DNA of 38,267 nucleotides from Patescibacteria group bacterium (GTDB taxonomy: Bacteria; Patescibacteriota; Microgenomatia; Levybacterales; UBA12049). Below, one piece after another: positions 23,772 to 31,656 of this stretch. Both the position numbers and the translations under genes were made by a program. Below the pieces are notes generated by a model. The model was not told the DNA's origin. It did not search any database and saw only the letters and a list, made by a program, of their open reading frames with translations. Every line of letters starts with the position of its first letter. Position 1 is the first letter of the stretch. The stretch is from NCBI GenBank assembly GCA_035260725.1, contig DATFUR010000013.1, positions 1-38,267 on the forward strand. Reading direction: 5' to 3'.

Positions 23772-24323
23772 CTATCTTGCCGAGGGGGAAGAGTAGGCAG
23801 TAGACAGATCAAATTTTGTACCCAATGTTGACTTTAAGACGCTCTGGGCTATTCCTTCCGCACTTACAAGCGACTTGGCTGCAAAATCAATGGATGTTAT
23901 TCCGGCGGTTCTTAGTTTTCTAAAAGACAAAGTCGCGATAACTCCTTGTCCCGAAACCCCTTTTTGTCCAAGACCCACTCCAAGCGCGTAAGAAATTCTT
24001 CCGTTTGCAGTGTCGATCTTTTTAAGCAACTCATCCGGAGTCTTAAAGAAAGTTCCGGGTCTAACATCTACACTTGTTATGTCTTGAGGGTTATAGGAAA
24101 GCTCCAGTTGTACTGCTGTTGCTTTGTTACCCCTGGTGTCTATTACAACGTTAGATACAAAAGCGCTGCCAGAGGCACTAGGTGTTGTTAGAGACAAAGT
24201 TGTCTGTGCAACCGAAACAGGCACTGGCGTAGGTGTTTCTTTGGGTGTGAGGTTTAAAGACAAAGCCAGAAGCCCCGCAACCGAAACTATCAAAACTAAA
24301 ATTAAAATAAAAGTTCTACTCAT
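23772..24323 (-). CDS. membrane-anchored cohesin-domain-like protein (minimal anchoring scaffoldin candidate)
   Basis: N-terminal helix FILILVLIVSVAGLLALS. Then FVSNVVIDTRGNKATAVQLELSYNPQDITSVDVRPGTFF...ANGRISYALGVGLGQKGVSGQGVIATLSFRKL...TSIDF, which follows the cohesin pattern (v.idt.g..v.a.ql.l.Ydp..l....v..G.f ... G.i.fa......gvsG.G.la.i.F). Confidence 0.6.
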   Translation of the reverse strand: MSRTFILILVLIVSVAGLLALSLNLTPKETPTPVPVSVAQTTLSLTTPSASGSAFVSNVVIDTRGNKATAVQLELSYNPQDITSVDVRPGTFFKTPDELLKKIDTANGRISYALGVGLGQKGVSGQGVIATLSFRKLRTAGITSIDFAAKSLVSAEGIAQSVLKSTLGTKFDLSTAYSSPSAR

Positions 24324-24329
24324 CTTATT

Positions 24330-24358
24330 ATTATAACTATATTAATCTCCGTTTTGAA
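24330..24358 (-). promoter_or_regulatory. sigma70-like promoter for the cohesin-like gene, leaderless configuration
   Basis: Minus strand: TTCAAA(24358-24353)-N17-TATAAT(24335-24330)-N6-ATG(24323). The -35 box lies inside the 3' end of the dockerin-like gene. Confidence 0.5.
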
Positions 24359-25901
24359 TAACAGAGATTTCCCTTACAAATAAATTATAATCAAATTGGT
24401 CAATGACCCCATTGTCGTCGAGGTCCGCAGGAGCGCAGGCGCCGGACGCAGGTTTGAATAGACAACTTGAGAAGAAGTTGTAGTCCAAGGGCGAGAGTTT
24501 ATTGTCGTGGTCTATATCTCCTGTAGCTAAATTCACAGAAGAAATGTTATTTGGTAATCCAATACCCAGATTAACGAGGCCGGGGACAGTTTTTTTCAAA
24601 TATCCATCAGATTTTATCTTAATATTGTAATTACCACCTGTTATTATAGAAGTTGGTATATTGTCGACTCCTTTAAATTTACCCGATGCTTGATCATAGG
24701 TAAGATTAACCGAGGTAAATAATACTCTCGTATTGCTAGAATCAAAAACCTCATAGTCTATTTTTTTCGTAGGATGCATAGGATTCTTGTTGGGTCCTAT
24801 TGCTCCAGTTGCATTTGTGCAGCTGGCTTGAGTGCATTTTAGATCAACTGTCGTGCCAATTCCGTCAAGACCAATTGTAAAAGTAAGTTGGATTTTGGTT
24901 GCTGTAGGAGCTGCCGGAGTATTTGGACAAGTAAATGAAGGCGCGCTATTCACAGCGCTGTTAAACCAGCAGAGAGGATTGGTGGCAACACTGTTGAATT
25001 TTTCGCAGCTTACATAGTAGCATTGATTCGAACCTGCTACGGCTGCATATTGTTTTTCTCCCTCCGTTGGGCACAAACCGCCCCACGCAGATCCTCCTTG
25101 AGTTGTGGGCATTACTCCCGCTGCGGCGGGACAGACTGTAGCTATGGAACAAGGATCGGGTTTTCCAGGTTCGGCATAGCACCATCCGGAATTATTCTTG
25201 CCTTCGTCAATTTTGGTTGGAGTCTTATCGAAGTATGAGTCATACCAGCATAAATTTGTTTGGCACTGTTTGTATGAAACTCCGTCTACAACTTGTCCGG
25301 CTTTTGCTGTTGCCGCGGAGCATGTTCTTTTGCAAGGGCCGTTTATAACAGCACCCCTTTGCTGGTCTGCAGCGGTGCAGGTAGAAACAAATCCCTTGGA
25401 GGCATCGCAACTCACGGCTGGGGCTGTGGGGGAAACTGTGGGGGTGGGAGTTGAAGTGCAAAGGATTCCGGAACTGTTATAACATCCTGCATCAGTACAT
25501 TGTTTATCGTCCATAGGCCCAACGCATCGAGTCGGTTGAAAGGTGCATCCTGCGGGACAGTTTCCCCCCGTTGCCGGACCAGGAGATGTTGGAGGAGTGG
25601 CTGTGGGCGGTGCAGTTGGAGTGGTACAAGTTTGCTGTGTGCAGCTGTATGCTGTGGCGCCTGCCGGACAGCCGGGAGAAGTTCCCGCCGGACTGCAGGT
25701 TACGCCGCCGGGGCCTGTCACATCGGAGCAGAAAACTCCTAGATTTATGGTTTTGCAAGTATCTGCGCGTTGGCGGAGTTCCTGTTGTTTTTGGGCGATA
25801 TTTACCGTTAGGGGAATTGCAAGAACGACAATAAGAACCATCAAAACTCCAACGGTACGGGAATTGCTTGGATTGGTAATAAAATCAAAAATGCGACGCA
25901 T
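24342..25901 (-). CDS. secreted Cys-rich protein with C-terminal dockerin-like module
   Basis: N-terminal helix VGVLMVLIVVLAIPLTV, a long Cys-rich and PT-rich region, an Ig-like beta region, then a duplicated Ca-binding-loop pattern: GDIDHDNKLSPLDYNFF and ADLDDNGVIDQFDYNLF. Confidence 0.75.
   Translation of the reverse strand: MRRIFDFITNPSNSRTVGVLMVLIVVLAIPLTVNIAQKQQELRQRADTCKTINLGVFCSDVTGPGGVTCSPAGTSPGCPAGATAYSCTQQTCTTPTAPPTATPPTSPGPATGGNCPAGCTFQPTRCVGPMDDKQCTDAGCYNSSGILCTSTPTPTVSPTAPAVSCDASKGFVSTCTAADQQRGAVINGPCKRTCSAATAKAGQVVDGVSYKQCQTNLCWYDSYFDKTPTKIDEGKNNSGWCYAEPGKPDPCSIATVCPAAAGVMPTTQGGSAWGGLCPTEGEKQYAAVAGSNQCYYVSCEKFNSVATNPLCWFNSAVNSAPSFTCPNTPAAPTATKIQLTFTIGLDGIGTTVDLKCTQASCTNATGAIGPNKNPMHPTKKIDYEVFDSSNTRVLFTSVNLTYDQASGKFKGVDNIPTSIITGGNYNIKIKSDGYLKKTVPGLVNLGIGLPNNISSVNLATGDIDHDNKLSPLDYNFFSSCLFKPASGACAPADLDDNGVIDQFDYNLFVREISVIQNGD
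24345..24521 (-). other. dockerin type-I-like module (two EF-hand-like repeats)
   Basis: This is the last 59 aa: GDIDHDNKLSPLDYNFFSSCLFKPASGACAPADLDDNGVIDQFDYNLFVREISVIQNGD. Both halves fit D-x-[DN]-x-[DN]-x-x-[VIL]-x-x-x-D-x-x-x-[hydrophobic]. Confidence 0.65.
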
Positions 25902-25943
25902 TTTAATAAACGAATAACAGAATAATTAAATCCTGTTAATGAT

Positions 25944-25972
25944 AGAGTATTGAAATTAGGATATGTTGTCAA
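25944..25972 (-). promoter_or_regulatory. candidate promoter for the dockerin-bearing protein gene
   Basis: Minus strand: TTGACA(25972-25967)-N17-TACTCT(25949-25944), 42 nt before ATG 25901. It interdigitates with the divergent plus-strand promoter. Confidence 0.4.
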
Positions 25973-25978
25973 TACTAT
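25950..25978 (+). promoter_or_regulatory. sigma70-like promoter for the four-helix-bundle gene
   Basis: TTGAAA(25950-25955)-N17-TACTAT(25973-25978)-N9-ATG(25988). Confidence 0.5.
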
Positions 25979-25987
25979 TTAAAGTAG

Positions 25988-26362
25988 ATGAATAATCCAA
26001 TAAAAAAATCAAACGTGTCGATTAGGGATATTCATGAAAGGATTTATAAGTTTGTAATTCGAGTTTTAAATTTAATTAAATATATTCCTAAAACTTCCGA
26101 AAATATAGTTTTGATTGGACAAATAACGAGATCGGCAACTTCGATGGGAGCAAATGATCAAGAGGCAGATGGAGCAATTAATAGAAAAGATTTCGTTGCG
26201 AAATACTCAATTGTTAGAAAAGAGGGTAAGGAAATTAATTATTGGTTAAAAATAATTAGTGATACAAATCCAAAGCTTAAATCTAGAATGCAGGATTTAA
26301 TAGATGAAAGCGAGGAGCTTATAAAAATTGTCAGCACGATTATTTTTAAGACAAAAAGGTAA
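25988..26362 (+). CDS. four-helix-bundle protein (23S rRNA intervening-sequence protein family)
   Basis: IHERIYKFVIRVLNLIKYIPKT...IGQITRSATSMGANDQEADGAINRKDFVAKYSIVRKEGKEINYWLKII fits the family pattern (l..Ql.RsatSi.aNiaEg.....kdf...l.ia.gE..Et.ywl.l). Confidence 0.75.
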   Translation: MNNPIKKSNVSIRDIHERIYKFVIRVLNLIKYIPKTSENIVLIGQITRSATSMGANDQEADGAINRKDFVAKYSIVRKEGKEINYWLKIISDTNPKLKSRMQDLIDESEELIKIVSTIIFKTKR

Positions 26363-26387
26363 ATTTGGATATTCGTTTATTTGATTA

Positions 26388-26416
26388 TTGTCTTATTCTC
26401 AAAATTCTTGTATAAT
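26388..26416 (+). promoter_or_regulatory. sigma70-like promoter for the rpsB-tsf operon
   Basis: TTGTCT(26388-26393)-N17-TATAAT(26411-26416), 73 nt before ATG 26490. Confidence 0.55.
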
Positions 26417-26432
26417 TTTGAGCTATCACTCA

Positions 26433-26482
26433 CATCCGATGATGTCTCTGACTACGGTTTTCGGATGGCGGTTAAAGAGACA
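26433..26482 (+). promoter_or_regulatory. structured rpsB 5' leader (two interleaved 7-bp helices, pseudoknot topology)
   Basis: CATCCGA(26433-26439) pairs with TCGGATG(26461-26467). TGTCTCT(26443-26449) pairs with AGAGACA(26476-26482). The order is A-B-A'-B', and B' ends 7 nt before the start codon. Confidence 0.45.
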
Positions 26483-26489
26483 CAAAATT

Positions 26490-27344
26490 ATGCGCGAAAT
26501 TACCCTTGAAGAACTTCTTACAGCCGGGTGCCATTTTGGTCATCAGGTAACTCGTGCCAATCCAAAGGCCCGAGATTTTGTTTTTGAGGCTAGAGACAAT
26601 ATTCAAATTATAGATTTGGCCAAAACAAAAGAAGGTTTGGAGGAAGCGGGGCAATTTATAAAAGACCTTTCCTCAAGGGGCGGAACGCTTCTGGTTGTCG
26701 GAACAAAAAGACAAGCCCAGGAAATTGTAAAAACCCAAATGGAAAGAGTTGACCAGTCCCGAGGACAGGTTTTGTTTGTTTACAACAGGTGGATTGGAGG
26801 AATCCTCACAAACTTTTCCGAGGTTTCTAAAAATGTCAAAAAACTTACCGATTTGGAAAAGAAACTGCAGGACGAATCAGAAAAATCAGGGTTCACGAAA
26901 AAAGAAATAGGGCTTTGGGAAAAGGAAAAACAAAGATTGGAAATGCTCTACGGCGGAATTGCAAAAATGACCAAGGTTCCGGATGCACTATACATAATAG
27001 ATTCTCATCTGGAGGATTTGGCGGTAAGAGAAGCCAGAAACATGGGAGTTGCGACCGTTGCAATTGTAGACACAAACGCAGATCCGCACGTTATTGACTA
27101 TCCAATTCCTGCAAACGACGACGCAGCAGGCTCAATCGAGCTAATAACTGCATACTTAATAGACGCTTGGAACGAAGGAGCCAAGGCAACACCTGCGAAA
27201 AGTAAATCGGAAAAAGAGGAAGAGAAGCCGGAAGTTAAAGAAGAGAAGAAATCCTCCTCTAAAGCTTCGGAGGACAAAGTAAAAAAAGTTAAAGTTCAAA
27301 AGACAAAAACCGCTAAGAAGACAAAAGCAAAGAGCAAAAAGTAA
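26490..27344 (+). CDS. rpsB: 30S ribosomal protein S2 with Lys-rich C-terminal extension
   Basis: MREITLEELLTAGCHFGHQVTRANPKA matches the conserved S2 N-terminus, and VPDALYIIDSHLEDLAVREARNMGVATVAIVDTNADP is also present. ATG 26490 is preferred. The track's upstream extension covers the predicted promoter and leader. Confidence 0.9.
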   Translation: MREITLEELLTAGCHFGHQVTRANPKARDFVFEARDNIQIIDLAKTKEGLEEAGQFIKDLSSRGGTLLVVGTKRQAQEIVKTQMERVDQSRGQVLFVYNRWIGGILTNFSEVSKNVKKLTDLEKKLQDESEKSGFTKKEIGLWEKEKQRLEMLYGGIAKMTKVPDALYIIDSHLEDLAVREARNMGVATVAIVDTNADPHVIDYPIPANDDAAGSIELITAYLIDAWNEGAKATPAKSKSEKEEEKPEVKEEKKSSSKASEDKVKKVKVQKTKTAKKTKAKSKK

Positions 27345-27358
27345 TTCTAAATTGAACT

Positions 27359-27811
27359 ATGGCATACGATATTAAAGTTTTAAAAAAGTTAAGAGACGAA
27401 ACCCAAGCATCGGTTTCCGACATAAAAACTGCTTTGGAAGAATCAAAGGGCGACTTGGAAAAGGCCAGAGAATATCTTCAGAAAAGAGGATTGGAAAAAG
27501 CAGGAAAAAAAGAAGGGCGGGAAACTAATGCCGGAATCGTGGAAACATACATTCATCATAACGGGGCAACAGGATCTACTGTGGTTTTGACTTGTGAAAC
27601 TGATTTTGTGGGGAGAACAGACGAGTTTAAAAGTCTGGCGCACGAAATCGCAATGCAAATAAATGCACTTAATCCAAAAGACACAAAAGCACTTCTTGCA
27701 AGTCCTTACATAAGAGACGAGAAGAAAACAATCGAGGATCTTATAAAAGAACACATCGCAAAACTTGGAGAAAATATTCTAATTAAAGACTTCAAAAGAT
27801 TCGAAATCTAA
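27359..27811 (+). CDS. tsf: elongation factor Ts, very short form (150 aa)
   Basis: N-terminal UBA-like LKKLRDETQASVSDIKTALEESKGDLEKAREYLQKRG, then CETDFVGRTDEFKSLAHEIAMQI. Conserved position after rpsB. Confidence 0.85.
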   Translation: MAYDIKVLKKLRDETQASVSDIKTALEESKGDLEKAREYLQKRGLEKAGKKEGRETNAGIVETYIHHNGATGSTVVLTCETDFVGRTDEFKSLAHEIAMQINALNPKDTKALLASPYIRDEKKTIEDLIKEHIAKLGENILIKDFKRFEI

Positions 27812-27823
27812 TTGGGGCACTCC

Positions 27824-27840
27824 GATCGCTTCGCGAGTTC
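27824..27840. repeat. partial copy of the GC-rich intergenic motif family
   Basis: GATCGCTTCGCGAGTTC in the tsf-frr spacer. It resembles GATCGCTTCCCGCGC (31633-31647) and TCGCTTCGTCAGTTC (34861-34875). Confidence 0.4.
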
Positions 27841-27882
27841 ATACTCTTTTAAATAGTTCGTGGATATGATAATGTGGTTTTT

Positions 27883-28437
27883 ATGAACTTAGACACGGCC
27901 CGTTTGCAAATGGGCAAAATTATAGAGATTTTAAAAAGCGATCTCGGAACTGTTAGGACAGGCAGAGCCACCCCGTCTCTTGTAGAAAATATTGTTATTA
28001 ACGCATATGGGGGAACTCAAAAATTGCGCGTAATGGAGTTGGCAACAATCGGAACTTCCGATTCACAAACAATAATCATAACCCCTTTTGACGCATCGAT
28101 TATAGAAGAAATCCAAAAAGGAATTATGGAGACTAACGTGGGTCTTAATCCTGTTGTAGACGGCCAATTAATTAGAATTTCAATCCCACTTTTATCCGGA
28201 GAAAGAAGGGCAGAATTGGTTGCTTTGGTTAACCAAAAGTTAGAGGGAGGAAGAATCCAAGTGCGCCAAGTGCGCCACGAGGCAATGGACACAGTTAAAA
28301 AGCAATTCAACAACAAAGAAATCGGAGAAGATGATGTTTTAAGGTTGGAAAAAGAAATTCAAAATTTAACAGACGAAACAATAAAAACGATCGACGAGTT
28401 GGGAAAGAAAAAAGAAGAAGAATTAATGCAATTATGA
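27883..28437 (+). CDS. frr: ribosome recycling factor
   Basis: LKSDLGTVRTGRATPSLVENIVINAYG...PLLSGERRAELV...VRHEAMD. ATG 27883 is preferred over GTG 27874. Confidence 0.9.
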   Translation: MNLDTARLQMGKIIEILKSDLGTVRTGRATPSLVENIVINAYGGTQKLRVMELATIGTSDSQTIIITPFDASIIEEIQKGIMETNVGLNPVVDGQLIRISIPLLSGERRAELVALVNQKLEGGRIQVRQVRHEAMDTVKKQFNNKEIGEDDVLRLEKEIQNLTDETIKTIDELGKKKEEELMQL

Positions 28438-29546
28438 TAGTAACTGTTTTGGTTTTCTTACTGATATTAACAATTTTGGTTTTAATCCATGAAGCGGGCC
28501 ATTTTTTTGTAGCAAAGTTTTTTAATATAAAAGTCGAAGAATTTGGTGTTGGTTTTCCTCCGCGCGCTTGGGGAAAAAAAGTGGGCGAGACACTTTATTC
28601 CATTAACTGGCTTCCGATTGGAGGTTTCGTAAGACTTTATGGGGAGGACGAAGCGGGGTCCGGCAGAATCTCGATTGGCAAAAACAAAAAAATTACAAAT
28701 ACAAACCGCGCTTTTTTTGCAAAACCCTGGTGGCAGAGATTTTTGGTTGGGATAGCAGGAGTAGTCATGAATTTTTTGCTTGCTGTTTTGATATTTTCTT
28801 TTATGTTCGCTTTTGTCGGAGTCGCAATTCCGGGTCACAAAGTTATTGTTGGTCAGGTCGCCAAAGGTTCTCCGTCCGAATTGGCAGGTTTGAAACCGGG
28901 GGACACAATTGAATATGTAGGCAGTGTAAAAATTACCGATACACAACAACTGATTGCGGAAACAAAAAAACATTTGGGTCAGGAGATAGTTTTAAAATTA
29001 AATTCGAATGGCAAGGTTAGGGAGGTAAGAATAACTCCGAGGACTAATTATCCAAAAGGAGAAGGGCCAATAGGGGTTGCAATATCGCAAAATGCAGAAA
29101 TTAAAAAATACAGTTGGTACGAGGCGCCTGTTGCCGGAACAAAAGAGGCAATAAAGGCCTCCTGGCTTATTATCTCTGCTTTTGGAACTGTAATTTCTCA
29201 ACTATTTACCCAGGGCGCTATTCCTAAGGATATTGCGGGACCAATTGGAATCGCCCAATTAACGGGGCAAGTAGTGCAAGTCGGACCTTTCGCGGTTTTA
29301 TATTTTATTTCTATTTTGTCTTTAAATCTTGCTATTCTAAATGTTCTTCCAATTCCGGCTTTGGACGGAGGAAGATTATTTTTTATTTTAATCGAGGCAG
29401 TGACCCGAAAAAAAGTTCATCCAAAATTCGAAAGCTATGCTCATGCAATTGGAATGGCCCTTCTTTTGGCCCTCATTGCTTTAGTTACTTTGCACGATAT
29501 TTCAAGAATAATTTCTGGTCAATCATTAATTCCGGGTTCGCGCTGA
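28434..29546 (+). CDS. rseP: RIP (site-2) zinc metalloprotease RseP/M50 family with PDZ domain
   Basis: HEAGHFFVAK (HExxH), a PDZ-like GSPSELAGLKPGDTI, and NVLPIPALDGGRL. ATGA overlap with frr. Confidence 0.85.
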   Translation: MIVTVLVFLLILTILVLIHEAGHFFVAKFFNIKVEEFGVGFPPRAWGKKVGETLYSINWLPIGGFVRLYGEDEAGSGRISIGKNKKITNTNRAFFAKPWWQRFLVGIAGVVMNFLLAVLIFSFMFAFVGVAIPGHKVIVGQVAKGSPSELAGLKPGDTIEYVGSVKITDTQQLIAETKKHLGQEIVLKLNSNGKVREVRITPRTNYPKGEGPIGVAISQNAEIKKYSWYEAPVAGTKEAIKASWLIISAFGTVISQLFTQGAIPKDIAGPIGIAQLTGQVVQVGPFAVLYFISILSLNLAILNVLPIPALDGGRLFFILIEAVTRKKVHPKFESYAHAIGMALLLALIALVTLHDISRIISGQSLIPGSR

Positions 29547-29552
29547 GGTCGC
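29537..29552. repeat. copy of the 13-mer GCGCTGAGGTCGC at the rseP/pgl junction
   Basis: TTCGCGCTGAGGTCGC. The TGA inside it is the rseP stop codon, and the motif ends 1 nt before the pgl ATG. Confidence 0.55.
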
Positions 29553-30200
29553 ATGGATATTAGATTTGTTGAAAATTTAGAAGGGGGAATAGACACTGCT
29601 CTAAAAATTCTTATTGATGCAATCGACGAACAAACCGTTTTGTTCCTCTCCGGCGGTAAAACTCCAAAACCTCTTTATAAAAAAATAGCAGACTATAAAA
29701 GTCTAAAAGTTGGTGCAGTTGCTATGGTAGATGATAGATATACTTTTCATCAGCAATACAGTAATGAAATTATGATTGGCGAATCGGGACTTATTTCGTA
29801 TTTAAACAGTAAAAATATTGCTTTTTATAAAATTTTAAAATTCGGACTTTCCAGAGAAAAAACAGCGGAAGAGTACGATGAGACTGTAAGATTTTTGCTT
29901 ACACATTTTCGAAAAAGCATTGCAGTCTTGGGAATAGGAGCAGATGGGCATACGGCCGGAATTCCAATTGGTACCGATGAGAAGTTAACTGAGAATAGGT
30001 TGGTTGCAGAGTTTGACACTTTTTTAGAAGATCCAAAAGACCGCGTAACACTCACTTATCAGGCATTGTCTATGATGGATTTATTATTGGTTTTGGTTTT
30101 TGGAGAAGACAAAAAAGAAGCATTAAAAAATCTTCCGGAATTTTATCGAAAAGAGGATATAAGCAAAAAGACTATTTTAATTACAGATCAAAAGTTATAA
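29553..30200 (+). CDS. pgl: 6-phosphogluconolactonase
   Basis: LSGGKTPKPLY and LGIGADGHTAGIP motifs of the 6PGL/NagB family. Located directly upstream of zwf. Confidence 0.75.
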   Translation: MDIRFVENLEGGIDTALKILIDAIDEQTVLFLSGGKTPKPLYKKIADYKSLKVGAVAMVDDRYTFHQQYSNEIMIGESGLISYLNSKNIAFYKILKFGLSREKTAEEYDETVRFLLTHFRKSIAVLGIGADGHTAGIPIGTDEKLTENRLVAEFDTFLEDPKDRVTLTYQALSMMDLLLVLVFGEDKKEALKNLPEFYRKEDISKKTILITDQKL

Positions 30201-30210
30201 TATAAACCCT

Positions 30211-31602
30211 ATGAACTCTCCCTTTGTAATGGTAATTTTTGGAGCAACAGGAGACCTCTCTCAAAACAAACTAATTCCCGCACTCGCAGCTTTGCATAAA
30301 ACAAAAGTTCTCCCTGAAGATTTTTACATAATAGGATTTTCAAGGAGAGATATGACCGACGAAGAATTCAGAAAACTTTTTAACATTGACCCTTCCTTTG
30401 CCAAATATTTATCTTATCAAAGCGGAGAATTTTCGGACAAAAAAGGATACTCGGAATTAAATAAAAAATTAGAAGCAATTGACAAGAAAGTCGGCGCCTG
30501 CGTAACTCGCTTTTTCTACTTGGCAACTCCACCTGACCACTACGAAACAATTTTAGATAATCTTGTGGAGACAAAGTTGTCTGAGGGATGCGGTCACGAG
30601 GGAAGTAAATGGACCCGGATTATTGTTGAGAAACCTTTTGGAAAAGATTTGGAAACTGCAAGAAGCCTCGACAAAAAATTATCGGAAATTTTTGAAGAAA
30701 AACAGATTTTCAGAGTAGACCATTATCTTGGAAAAGAAACGGTCCAGAATGTACTGGCTTTCAGATTTGCCAACGGAATTTTCGAACCGGTTTGGAATAA
30801 AAATTTTATAGATCATGTGCAAATAACTTGGGGAGAGGAAGAGGGAATCAAAAATCGCGGAAAGTTTTTTGACGGCGTTGGACTTTTGCGAGATGTCGGG
30901 CAAAACCATATAATGCAGCTTTTGTCTGCAGTTGCTATGGAGAGTCCAAAAAGTTTTACCAAGGAAGATTTAAGAGACGCAAGAGCAAAAGTAATTCAAT
31001 CATTACGACCAACAGACGAAGTAATAAGAGGCCAGTACGAAGATTACGCAAAAGAAAAAGACGTTGCAGAGAATTCACAAACAGAAACTTTTGTTGCGAT
31101 GAAATTATTTGTAGACACGCCAAGATTTGAAGGAGTGCCGTTTTATATAAGAATGGGGAAGAAAACCCCCAAGAATTCAGTCGAAATATCTGTAGTTTTT
31201 ATTCAGACCTGTCACATTCTTTTTAAAGAATACGGATGTCCGGAGATTGGAAATGTTTTGACTTTTAGGATACAGCCGGACGAAGGAATATCGTTGCGAA
31301 TAATTGCAAAAAAACCCGGAGAAAAACTTTCCTTAGGTTCGACGGACCTAAAATTTACATACAAAGAAAGTTTTGGGACAAAAGGACTTGAAGCCTACGA
31401 AAAAGTACTTCTTGATATTTTTGCCGGAGACCAAATGCTCTTTAACCGGTCGGACGAATTGGAAAGCTCTTGGACATTTATCACAAAAATTTTGGAAAAA
31501 TTTAAAGAAGGAAAAATTTCGCTCAAAAAATATCAAAATGGAACTTGGGGTCCAAAGGAAGCAGATGAGTTGATCAAAAAAGATGGGAAGAATTGGCTGT
31601 AG
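30211..31602 (+). CDS. zwf: glucose-6-phosphate 1-dehydrogenase
   Basis: FGATGDLSQNKLIPAL dinucleotide motif, the active-site block FRVDHYLGKE, and EKPFG. Confidence 0.9.
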   Translation: MNSPFVMVIFGATGDLSQNKLIPALAALHKTKVLPEDFYIIGFSRRDMTDEEFRKLFNIDPSFAKYLSYQSGEFSDKKGYSELNKKLEAIDKKVGACVTRFFYLATPPDHYETILDNLVETKLSEGCGHEGSKWTRIIVEKPFGKDLETARSLDKKLSEIFEEKQIFRVDHYLGKETVQNVLAFRFANGIFEPVWNKNFIDHVQITWGEEEGIKNRGKFFDGVGLLRDVGQNHIMQLLSAVAMESPKSFTKEDLRDARAKVIQSLRPTDEVIRGQYEDYAKEKDVAENSQTETFVAMKLFVDTPRFEGVPFYIRMGKKTPKNSVEISVVFIQTCHILFKEYGCPEIGNVLTFRIQPDEGISLRIIAKKPGEKLSLGSTDLKFTYKESFGTKGLEAYEKVLLDIFAGDQMLFNRSDELESSWTFITKILEKFKEGKISLKKYQNGTWGPKEADELIKKDGKNWL

Positions 31603-31650
31603 TTTGCGCTGAGGTTGCTTTGCCAGCTCAACGATCGCTTCCCGCGCAAA
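31603..31650. repeat. compact 48-nt GC-rich element with 7-bp terminal inverted repeats
   Basis: TTTGCGCTGAGGTTGCTTTGCCAGCTCAACGATCGCTTCCCGCGCAAA. TTTGCGC and GCGCAAA form the terminal inverted repeat. It lies between the zwf stop and the next ATG. Confidence 0.6.
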
Positions 31651-31656
31651 TATATT

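Noticed and set aside
24961-25917. Eight overlapping ORFs of 60-124 aa in five frames.
   Set aside because: All lie within the 519-aa Cys-rich gene, in a G+C-rich, stop-poor segment. They have Arg/Cys/Gly-rich nonsense-like translations and no independent start context.
26388-26489. N-terminal extension of rpsB in the ORF track (MSYSQNSCIILSYHSHPMM...).
   Set aside because: The extension covers a TTGTCT-N17-TATAAT promoter and a structured leader. The conserved S2 N-terminus begins at ATG 26490.
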